Part shown: piece by piece, positions 1 through 12,300 of the stretch
How positions within the stretch are numbered: the first letter of the stretch is position 1
Layout of the letters: every line of letters starts with the position of its first letter
Program-made: the position numbers and the translations under genes
Assembly (NCBI GenBank): GCA_964035545.1
Contig: OZ037767.1
Span: forward strand, 14,574,998 to 14,638,997
DNA: 64,000 nucleotides
Direction of reading: 5' to 3'
From: Bugula neritina
Lineage: Eukaryota > Animalia > Bryozoa
The notes under the pieces: generated by a model
Told to the model about the DNA's origin: nothing
The model's input: only the letters and a program-made list of their open reading frames with translations
Database searches by the model: none

Positions 1-2995
1 TATAAACGTAAGCATTGCCATAAGTATTGATTTACTATCATCTATTATTTATAACTCTTACAGTTTAACTTTCTATCTGGTATCTATTATTTACATAATA
101 CTTTCACTTTGAAACTGACTTTCGCTTCACCATAATCACAATGATACACAATGATGATCACAATGGCTAACCTTAATACTAATCGTCACTGTAACTCTAA
201 GCTTAAAGTAAAAGGCAATTCATACAAATCTTTTTAAATTATTACCAGAAGTTAGATCAAAATGATTATAACTATGCTATTGATTTGATAGTGTTACTCA
301 CTATGAGTGGATAACTATGAAATGCAAGTTACTAAAATACTAGTTGCTCTAACCCTTACTCAGTTTTTAAAGCAAAGCTAAAGTTTAAAGTTAGATTTGT
401 AATAACTGTTGAATTTGCACCAAATGTAGAATTAATCTGCAATTTGCAAGATACAGTTTCAAGTGAAATAACAAGTCCGTGATCATGTTTATTAGACTTA
501 TTCTTAGTTATGAGTGAATATGATTGGTAGTAGCAGAGACCATAGTGTGCAATGAAACTAGGTGTTGGTGTAACTATAAATAAAATAAAGGGTTTAATTC
601 AGAAGCAAAATAAAATCAATTTGTCTATTCTGCTGACCTGATTCAAAGTTAGGTGTCACCTTGGGCTGTTGGATCTTTTTAAAATAATCTTTTAAATTTA
701 TTTTAATATCATCTTTATTTTAAGAGTTCTAGGCTGACTGCTTGTCAGAGAGCAGTAGCCCTGGTCTTGGTCCAACTACTTGGTCCAAATACTACTTGAA
801 TACCTGGTCCCAGGCTGGGTACACATATACTCATATGTCATAAATTTAATTGCAAGAAGTACTGAAAGTCTTAAAACAGCTTATGAATTATTAATAGTTT
901 TTATCTGCAGAATAATTTCATTTGTTTAAATATATTCAAGTCTAGTTAAGTCTCAGTCAATGTGACTGTAAATGTGATTGTTAGAAAATTGATCATTAAT
1001 GGAGTTTTTATACGTGATATTGATTAAAATATGTACAAAGGTGCAACATTTTGTAAAGAAATTTAATGGAAATTGTTTTGCGTTTTGAAATATGATATGA
1101 ATATAAGATATTAGTAAATTATAACAAAAGATATTGGTAAAGGTGACCAGTGTATGTGGCCTAAAAATTGAAGCTTGTAGTAATTTATATAGTTCCTTGC
1201 ACTTAATCTCAATGCTTTTATTTATATTCAAAAATATATATCTATGCTTGATAAAATAGTCGGGTAATGGTGGTTATTCGAAAGACAGTTTCATACTCCA
1301 GTATAAATGAATATGAAAAAAATTAAACAAAAATAAATGCATATCATTTGAGTGTGTTTTCTACTTGATGGCATGAATGCAGAAAGAATGATACAATGAA
1401 AAATTGGAAATGAAACCATGTAAAAAAATGTCTGCAATAAAGAAAATTTCATATTGTTGAATGTACTGCAATTCAAGTTGCAATATTGAAAAAACTGTAA
1501 AACTTAAAAGTTGAAAAATTTGGTTTAAGCAAGTGGTAAGTCAGTTTTGCATCTAATTATTTCAACTCCATCATGGAGATTAGAAGCTAGGGAATATACA
1601 TTAAAAGTTAAGCCACATACTTGTACACCTGATGGTGCAGCTGCATTTTAATTTAGCCAGGCTTTGAATTACTGCCATCACTATGAGGGAGTACAGTGAC
1701 CTTCTAAGCAGTCTGCCTCTCCAATAGCAAACTAACTTCAACTCATTTTATACAGCTATTGCTGTTGCTGACATGTTTCAATGTCTGTAATATTTCTCTG
1801 CAGTGCTACTACATGCCTGCTAAAGACACACCACACTGATGACATAATAATGTGGACATTAGCTTCCTGTTCAGCAGCAAGTGCTGACTTAATGGCAACA
1901 GAGATCTATGCAAAGCATTGCCACTAGTTGTTACCTCTCCACTGACCTAATTAACGTAGATAGTGCCAGTGGTAGCTTTCGAGATTCCACATAACTCCTT
2001 ATCAGCACCTCCTATCCTAAGCTGTAGTTGGGATGCATTTTATCACTGGCGCTAGATAATGCAAGCAAATATTTACTAAGTTTTATCATTCAAAATGAAT
2101 TTTGCAGTATTTGCTTTACCAATGATGGGTGGTCCACTGTATTATTTAAGAAATATCTGTGGAGATTTATTATGAAAAGTTGACACACAGAAATAAAATC
2201 TACATGTATACAGCATACAACATTGTTTTTGCAGAGTGAAATGATGAAAGTAAATTTTTCATTCTACACTGATGTGCCCTTTAAACAGCGTCTTTGTTGT
2301 TTTGTACAAATTGTTGTTTCAAATAGCTATCTGCAAAAGGCAGTGATAAACACAGGTAAATGAAGCACTGGGCTTGGGTTTCTCCTTTTGTAATGTATTG
2401 AATGTGTATAGATTTTTTCAACCAGATTTTGCTCTGCAGTAGTAAGAGATGTTTTGTTGTTGGCAGAGTTGCATTGAAGTTGTTGCAAATGAAAAATCAA
2501 TAATACACTGTTAATAGACATCCGTGTTGCATTCATCTGTAAACCCGCACTGAAAATACTCCTATAGATTTCAGTTGAAGAGTATTTCTCCGTGAAAATA
2601 ACTAATTGAAGCTGCTACTCAACTGGAATTCTTCGTATTAGCTGCATTACCAGTTGATAGAGAAATAATGATAGACTCTGTTATCATCCATCATGATAAT
2701 TAGCTTTTCATCTGATTGCTGGCAGTTAATCTCCAGCATCCCAACTCACCTATCTGCTACCTTTGACTTCTCTAGTCATCATCCTGGAATGTGCTTCGTG
2801 CACTTTCTAATGGCTGCTGTCTCGCTGACTTCAGTTGTATGAATGTAAGGGTAGGTTATATGAATGTAAGAGTAGGTTATATGAATGTAAGGGTAGGTTT
2901 GTCAATGTAAGTGTAAGTTATCTCAATGTAAGTGTAAGACAGCTTTCTGTGACTCATTGTAGAAGTTTGCATGAATTGCAAGGATATACTACATA

Positions 2996-3307
2996 ATGAC
3001 TGAGGTACAACATGGCTACCCCAGTGGTGTGCGATGGGACTCCGACAGAAATGGTCATCTGAACGGACAAAATCAAAATGGCAACGAGTTTGATGATGAT
3101 GGGGGAGCTAACTCCGCCAAGTTGTTTGAGAGATCCAGGATTAAAGCCCTGGCTGGTTAGTATGGGTCAGCACTGTGTATATAGGTCAATATGTGTGTAT
3201 ATAGGTCAACACTATGTGTGTGTGTATATATAGGTCAACACTATGTGTATCTAGGTCAGCATTGTATATATATAGGTCATCACAGTATGTATATATAGGT
3301 CATCACA

Positions 3308-3388
<81 letters not shown>

Positions 3389-6300
3389 TCAGCATTGTGT
3401 GTGTTAGTCAGCATTGTGTGTAGGTTAGTATGGTATATGTAACAACAGTGTGAGAGAAAGAGAAGACAGTCTGTAGGATGGATGTAATGATTAGACATTT
3501 GATTTCCTGTTGACTTTATCCTGTTGAGTGAAGCTGACTGATAGAGGCAGCAGCGGCAGCAATAGAGGCAGCAGTGGTTGAGAGCAGCTGTAGATTGCAA
3601 TCATTACCCCATGTTTAGCTCTCTCTGATTCATATATCAAGTATTTACTGCGTTTTGATTAAAGTAATTATGATGGGGAATTCGTAGCCTAGCTGTAAGT
3701 TACAAGTTTACTTAAGTACTTACTTATATCTGCGTCTCTTACATTCAGCCTGTGTAGTGTGCTAATGGGTGATTCATTGGTTATTCAAGTCTTCATAACA
3801 TAATATAACAATTGATCCGTTTTTCCCTTTGGCCAACTAGATTCACGATATTTTAGTCTCTGTAAGTTAGCAGATGCAAAATGCAAGATGCAAAATGGTG
3901 TCAACCTTATGGCTTTTTTAAGCCCGAAATCATAAACTACAGCAGGGTTTGCCCAGATATTAGAATATTCTCACTCAGAGTGAAATATCACTTTATGCTA
4001 ATTATACAGGTCCATGACTTCACATTCATTGGAATAGAAAATCTAATTCAGCCTTTAAGTTTATCCATACATGTCAGCTTTTCATCTGTTAGTAAATTAG
4101 CCCAAGTTCTGGCAGACATCCAAGCGTTGCCCCTCCCTACCCTGTCATCAAGAAAACAAGGCACTGCCATCTTTAAACTGCTGCTGGATTTGGCTAGAGT
4201 TTAAAAAGCTTCTCTTTTCATGTAGCAGATTTTTGAGCATTTGCCATGCACTAACTTGAGAATTTTTCAAGTGCAGAAATTCAAACCTTAGGCTATGGTC
4301 CAAAGTAACATCCTAGGAAGTTATTATAAAGTATGTACATAGAACTCATGCTAAGGATCCATTAGATTGTGACAAGATATACACGGCAGCGTTGGTGCGG
4401 CAGCAGACAGCGTTTGACAGTGTCTAGAGTGTGTCTTGTGTATTTCAGATGAGAGAGAGGCAGTCCAGAAGAAGACGTTCACCAAGTGGGTTAACTCTCA
4501 CCTGTCCCGGGTGGGCTTCATGATAAGTGACCTGTACATGGACCTGAGGGACGGGAAAATGCTTATCAAACTGCTAGAGGTCCTTTCTGGAGAGAAACTG
4601 GTGAGATACTCAGGCTAAACACTGTATTCTGTGGGCGTAGCCTCAGTTCATTGAGTAGCTAACAGCAAGTCTTCGGTGAAGATTTTATCTATACTTTGGA
4701 GTTCTGTCTAGGTTTGGGGGGGGGGGGTGTCGCCCCTATTAAGTTTTTATTTAGTCGTGCCTAATGTTCTACCCACTCCGCCTTTGGGAGAAGTTTTTCA
4801 TAGCCTAAGTTTTTTATTTTCTTTATGAATTTTGTTTGGGAACTTCTCACGAGAACGAAACTTATTTTGCTACATTTTCTTCCCCTTTCTTCAAAACCTC
4901 CACAGGCTAACATACCTTGCTGCTTACAACTACAGGGATGTGTTACTGTAGTGTGCATCTACTACATCTACTACAGCTACTACATCTACTCCATCTACGA
5001 CATCTACTACAGCTACTACAGCTACTACATATACTACACCTACTACAGCTACTACATCTACTACACCTACTACAGCTACTACATCTACTACACCTACTAC
5101 ATCTACTACACCTGCTACATCTACTACACCTGCTACATCTACTACAGCTACTACATCTACTACACCTACTACAGCTACTACAGCTACTACAGCTACTACA
5201 TTTACTACACCTACTACAGCTACTACATCTACTACATCTACTACATCTACTACAGCTACTACATCTACTACATCTACTACATCTACTACATCTACTACAC
5301 CTACTACACCTACTACACCTACTACATCTACTACAGCATCTACTACTATTGAGCTATTAGAGGTCAACATTACAAGTGTGGAATGTGTTGTATTCTTGTA
5401 CTGCAACTTTCTTCACAATAGGATGTTGGAGTAAACACTGACTAGTAGTACTAATTAGATTAATTAGTGAGAGCTCTTTAACAGCTTCTTGTACCTTGAA
5501 TAGTGTACATCTTTAGTTACTGCACTATCAGTATATTATCTACTGTCAGTACTCAGTATACACTATCAGTACCCAGTATACACTATCAGTACCCAGTATA
5601 CACACACTATCAGTACTCAGTATACACTGTCAGTACTCAGTGTTTACTATCAGTACTCAGTGTCTATCAGTCAAATAGTTGAAATTCAGTGAATAAATTC
5701 ACAAGAAATGAACCATGAATACCATTCCTTCAACTCATTCAACTCCTCTAGCTTTGCACATGAATTAATTGGATTTATAAGTAGAAATGCCACTTGTTCA
5801 TTGCAACATTCCCATTTGTCTTCATAAGTGATCGTCTCCCTCGTACACCTTATGTTTGCAGTGCTTTAGAACTGGTTTCAGTTTCTCTATTCTCTTGAGC
5901 TCAAGAATATCCAAGGAGTGCTGTTAGTTATTAGTGATTATCTCCCCTGGGTACATAGATGCGGGGCTCTGCTTAGCTTGAGTTTGTAGTTTTGGGTTTG
6001 GGACTTGGCTACCTCATTTCAAAGCCTCAACTTCTGCTGCTGCCGCCGCAGAACCCTCCTAGAACTTGTGCGGCAGCAGCCAGGGTTGACCTGGTAGCTG
6101 AGCCTTGCTGCAGCTCCTACACTGAGTCATCATATGCCAATCACTGCGGCTATCAGTTGCAGCAGGTCAAAGGTTACATATCTTGGCTGCTCCCCTCACC
6201 GGTATGTCAAAATATCTCCCTATCTAATCGTTTGACTAAACAATGGCCTGTTTAGGTATGCCTGCTGACACACTTACAGTAGCTGCTGCCTCTATCGTCA

Positions 6301-9300
6301 GCAAGTGCACAGACTGCAGCAGTAGTTGGTGGAGCACAGCCTATGGGGTGTAGGGGAGACAACTTTCATGGTATATCTTTTTTTAATCTGAAAACCACTT
6401 TGTTTAAAACTGCTGCTACAGTTGGACCAATTAGAATGTTTGTACTGAAAGGTTACGATCAGCTGGTAAGAGTTGGTGCTGTACTGTAGACAGTAGGTGA
6501 CCTAGTTACACTGCAGCTGGACATACCATGACTAGCTGAACATGGAGCTTTACTGTGTAGGCTATAGATTCAATGACACCATAAAACTGAATTGAATAGT
6601 TTAATCATGCAATCTGCAGGCAATAATATGGTATATGCCTATACAGTTCATACTGCAACTTAGGTCTGTGTAAATAAATGAATCACTATGGAAACCTGCC
6701 TAGTTTACCTAACAGGTGTAAGTAGAATCTTTGTGATGGGAGAATTAATACAATATTAAACCTGGTTGGGGGAACCTGCAGGCTGACAGATCTGGGCAGG
6801 TGTCCTTTCTCTCCAGGTCGCAGTAAATCCGGCACTGTTTGGCGTGTGCCTCGTATTTTCAGGAACAACTTTTTCTGTGGAAGAAATTCTTTATTGGACT
6901 TTTGTTGCTAGGGACAACCAAGTCAACCACCAAAATAATCCACTTTATAGTAACATATAGACTTATGCTTCGTAGTAAGATATAGTCATATGTTTTTAGT
7001 AATATAAAGACATAATATGATCTATGCTCTATAGTAATACAGTGCCCTCTTCATATCTCAAGGTTCTCGAAAGGTCACAGGTCATGAGAAAGATTTGGAC
7101 CCCCCCCCCCCGTTTTGTGCCTTATGTATAAATGTGTATGGGGACAAAATGGCCAAATTCAGCGAATCCGGGAGTTAAATCTGGTGTTCTACTATGTCAC
7201 GAATTGAGATTTCAGGACCCGCAGTGTAGTGAGATACGGAGGGAGCACTGTACATAGACATACAATTCATAGTAATGTGTAGACATATAGCTAAACCAAA
7301 ATTTATTAAAAGAATTGAAGAACTTAGACTATTAGAATTTATCCACTACTGCAGTGAAATGTCTGAAGGGCACAACTTATGTTACTCATTATTCTGTTGT
7401 AGCCGCGACCAACCAAAGGGAAGATGAGAATTCACTGTCTAGAGAATGTAGACAAGTCCCTGACCTTCCTCGGGGAGAAGGCGGTAAAGCTGGAGAACAT
7501 GGGAGCCCACGATATCGTGGACGGCAACTCCCGGCTCACTCTCGGTCTCATTTGGACCATAATTCTTAGATTCCAGGTGAGTTATGTGCTCTTACTTGAA
7601 CTTGACTTGATTTTTACGGACTTGAACACAACCTGACTATAACTTGACACTCGCATATAGAATTGCAATCTCCTTCACCTTCTGTATCTCCACGGCGTCA
7701 CCCATTTCCTGTTTGAGATATGGCAGTGATGGTAAATATTTCATTCAATAGGAAAATATGAAAAACAAGTTGTAATCTTATCAAGTGAAGCTTCAAACTC
7801 GTAAATGTATCTGATTGGGTAATAAAATACCTGCACACCGTCCACCCACACACCTGCCCATCCCACTAGAACTGTATAATATAGTCATTTAACACACATT
7901 CATGTAGGGGGAATGTGCCCAGAGTATATTGAGTGCTATGACACTGAATACCACTCTGTGTGCACCCACTTGGGGAAAATCAGTCGGCCTGTTTCAGTTT
8001 TAGTCTTGGAGAGTATTTTGAGAAGTGTGCAGTAACCCACATGTACCTATCATTGTAATTTCTCATCTCTACTCGTCTGTGTTTGTCTGTCTGTCTGTCC
8101 GATGGCTATATTTATACCGTGTGTCTGTCTGTCTGTCTGTGTGTCTGTCTGTGTGTCTGTCTGTGTGTCTGTCTGTATGTCTGTGTGTCTGTCTGTGTGT
8201 CTGTCTGTGTGACTGTACCTGTACTGTGAGTTATAGTTATATTACCTAGGTACTTCAACTCTGCACAGTGTAACATAATATATACTTGAGCTCTCAAAGG
8301 GATAAACTGCACACACAGTAGAATCAATACTTCCTAGCACTGACTAGCTGCGTACCCTCATAATATCACGTCTACTGTATGTATACATTACACAACTACT
8401 GCGCGGAATGTCAGGCCTTTGAACTGTGTGCGAGGCAACGCACTTGGTTTCAGCAACCACTTGCATTCCTCTGTCAAACTGTCACCTCCCATACATATGT
8501 ATGGCGTTGAGATCACAACTCCCAAGTGTGTTCACTGAGCCGTGACGTGTGAATACGTAGTGTACACTGCACCCTCTCCTTCGGTCATCTGCTCGTGTCA
8601 CCGCTCTCTCTCTATCACATCTGTCTCAGACCGGAAGTGAAGCAGCTGCGACCAATGAGCGGAGGTTTAAGGCTGTGTGTTGAGTGTATCGCTAGAGGTC
8701 GTTGTGTTGAGTAGAACACTAGAGGTTGGTGTGTTGAGTGTAGCACTGAGAGTGGGTAGTGGAGATGTGCACACACTACACTCTACAGCAAGGCTGGGCT
8801 GCTCTCACTACATGCTGGCTGTTATCATCTAGTATATAACTATTAGCACGGCTATAATATTCCAGTTTATTGGACTGCCTAGAGATAAAACATAATAAAA
8901 GGAATGCAGTGTATATATGCAGTGTAATCTGAAATAGATAAACAGTGCCTGTGGGTATTAATAGCGTTCCACTGACGGCCTTTAGCTGCGTCCTAATGTA
9001 TGGCAGCATCCATTACTGTGTATTACACTGTAGCTGAGTCACTGTTGGTGTTTGCTGACTCCAGTGAATATTGTATAACACATTTGCTGACCTAATTAAG
9101 CTGGCAGCATGCAAGGGTCTGCAGGTGACAGTGAAGGTAAAGTAGTGTTTCCAGGACCCTAGTTTTTAGTAGTACAGGTTCTTAGATTAAGGTGGGAAAG
9201 GGAGGTTAAACCTGTACACCCCAACTCCCCAGCTATCTAGACTGTGTTCTTGCTCACTATCAGACTAACCATGAAAAGGGAGACTAATAGTAAGCCTTCT

Positions 9301-12300
9301 GAAAGCTCACACCACACTAGGAGCCCTTGGGCTAAATGCGGGCAAATTTTCAGCTGTATTTGCAATTCCCAAGTCACTATTGGAATATAAGTCAGTTGTT
9401 CAGCTTGGAATAACTTAGGCTTAAGACCAGCATAACCACAGCACCTTATGGTATGCAAATGGAATTTTATCATCACATGACAATTTACATTACTTAATGA
9501 CTCCTAACCATTATAAAGTTGCGTTTATACCTCTGCTGAAAAATGTTTCGAGTTTCAGTTAATAACGCTTGTCCCTGTACCCCTTTATAGTCAAACTGAA
9601 AATCATTAAAATCAAATTGATGCGGAAGCTTACTTTCAAAAAGTGAAAAATTGACAGCATAAAAGCGATAATTGAGAAGGCATAGTTTATAATTTATAAT
9701 TAATAATTATTAATTATTATTATATAAGTCCGTCATCTCTAATCGCCAAAGTCACAACTAAATAACGATGTTTACCAGTAGTTATTACTTCTTTTGAGTA
9801 TTATTCTGAAAAAAGTTATCACAGTACAAAAAGTTTTACAGTGGCCTTTACAATGCAATGCAACTCGGAGAAATTTCAACCCGGCCAAATTGAATTTCTG
9901 ACTGAAAATCGTGAAAGTATAAAGGCAACTTTACTGCTATCACTGGTAACTATCACTAGTAACTATCACTGTACTATAAATACATATAACTTTCACTATG
10001 CTACTACCATTTTGTCTCTACACTCTATAGTTGATGAAGTGATAACTAAGCTTTCAATACAAATACTCGAGCCTAAAATTCTTACAAAGTTTTCAAGTCA
10101 TCATTCATTCTCTTTACTTGTACTATAGCTGTGTTAGGGAGAATAACTCCGTATAGAAACTGTACTTTCTTTCATCTGCTTTGATCTCTCCACTGTCACA
10201 TTGATGTCTACAGATACAAGACATTCACATAGAGGAGGCGGCTGAGTCGTCCGAGACGCGGTCGGCCAAGGACTCGCTCCTTCTCTGGTGTCAGATGAAG
10301 ACTGCCGGCTACTCCAACGTCAACGTCAGAAACTTCACCACTTCCTGGAAGGACGGGCTGGCGTTCAACGCCATCATCCATAAACACAGGTCACTGGGCT
10401 ATGTTGTATTAATAGACTAAACTCACTAAAAGGTTGTACGGCCATTGTAGAAGTTTAATCTTGTGGGATATATCATGTAATATGTAGTGAGTAGAGTGCG
10501 TAGTGTAATATAATGGTGATTGGTAAGTCCTACTAGTACTGTGTGTATGTTAGTCTTTCAATGGTGCTCTAAAGTAGGTCTGAGTTAACGTAAACTCGCA
10601 CAGATAAAGCTATAACTGCTCATATTTCTATTTCTATCTTTTGAATGCGCTTTTTATTGCTCTAGAATACATTTATTGACTTCTATCGGATATTTCAAGA
10701 TGGCTGATGTTTGCATATAAAGAGGAGTAGCTGTGACATCTTCCACCTGTGTGTTACTCATGTATACTCTGTTACCTTACAGGCCAGATCTTGTGCCTTA
10801 CAACAAGCTCAGCAAAGCCAATCCCATCAGCAACCTCAACAATGCATTCAACACAGCTGAAGAGAAACTGGGAATTGCCTCCCTTCTCGATGCTGAAGGT
10901 ACTGCGCGCTGTCGTACTGTGCGCTGTCAGCCGTCTAGTAGGGTTTAGTGTGTGACACAGTAAAGTTTAAATCTCTCTCTGGAAAGTAAAACCAGGAAAG
11001 ATTCTTTTACAGTAGCTGTTTCTTTCTCCACACTTCCACACTACTGTTATGTAGACCACTGTTTGTACAATCGCTATTGCACAAACTCTAAAAAAGCATT
11101 TGCTATTGGCTATTGGTTCCTCCTCTTTCTAAACAGTGTAAGACTTCATTGTCATATTTGTAGATGTCAATGTGGAGCTGCCCGACGAGAAGTCCATCAT
11201 AACGTATGTCGTGACGTACTACCACTACTTCAACAAGATGAAGGCCGAGTCCGTCCAGGGCAGACGTATCGGGAAGGTGCGTGTTTCCTGATATAGTCAC
11301 GTCACAACGTCACGACCTGTGCATATCTTTGGCTTCAAAGTCCCATAAGTGTTGACAATGTGTAATGCGTTGAATAACTGTTGACAGTATGTGTTGACGG
11401 CTCATATATGCAGTTAGGATGACCTGAAGAATACATATGCATATAGTTACAGTATCTCTTATGTATGTAAGCAGGGCTGGCATTGATTTCTATGTTTAGC
11501 ATTGACCTCTCCAGGGACCAAACCAGCACTTAGCTGCAGTTTTTATAGCTCATACTGCATGATATTATGTAATTTATACATCTTGTAGATGTTTGCAAAA
11601 GTTACATAAACTGTGCTGTAGAAACTGACTGTTGGTTATTACTAGTTAGTACTGACTGTTAGTTAATAGTTACTACTACTTATATACCGAGTGTTAGTTA
11701 TTACTAGTTACATACTGACTGTTAGTTATTACTAGTTATTACTCACTGTTAGTTTTAAGTTACTACTTAGTGCTAGGTATTAGTAGTTCCCTTAACATCA
11801 GGTACTCAACAGTGTTTTGACATGTCTGTGCAGGTACTCAACAGTGTGCTGGAGAATGATAGACTGATCCATGAGTACGAAACTTTCACCTCTGACCTCT
11901 TGAAGTGGATAGAAGAGATTATACAGATACTGAATGAGAGAGAGTTTGAGAACTCACTGCAAGGTGTACAAGCCCAGCTTACGCAGTTCAACTCCTACAG
12001 GACCCAGGAGAAGCCGCCCAAGTGAGTATTCCATGCAGTACGTCTGCAACTGGTCATGTGATCTGTCTCTAGTACGTCTGCAACTGGTCATGTGATCACT
12101 CTCTAGTACGTCTGCAACTGGTCATGTGATCAGTCTCTAATACGTCTGCAACTGGTCATGTGATCACTCTCTAGTACGTCTGCAACTGGTCATGTGATCT
12201 GTCTCTAGTACGTCTGCAACTGGTCATGTGATCACTCTCTAGTACGTCTGCAACTGGTCATGTGATCAGTCTCTAGTACGTCTGCAACTGGTCATGTGAT

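Noticed and set aside
4825-5406. Long Tyr-, Leu/His- and Val-rich ORFs on both strands
   Set aside because: Translations of a 9-bp intronic minisatellite.
9490-10110. Segment with interspersed-repeat-like texture in a beta-spectrin intron
   Set aside because: No convincing terminal inverted repeats, TSD or second copy within the window.
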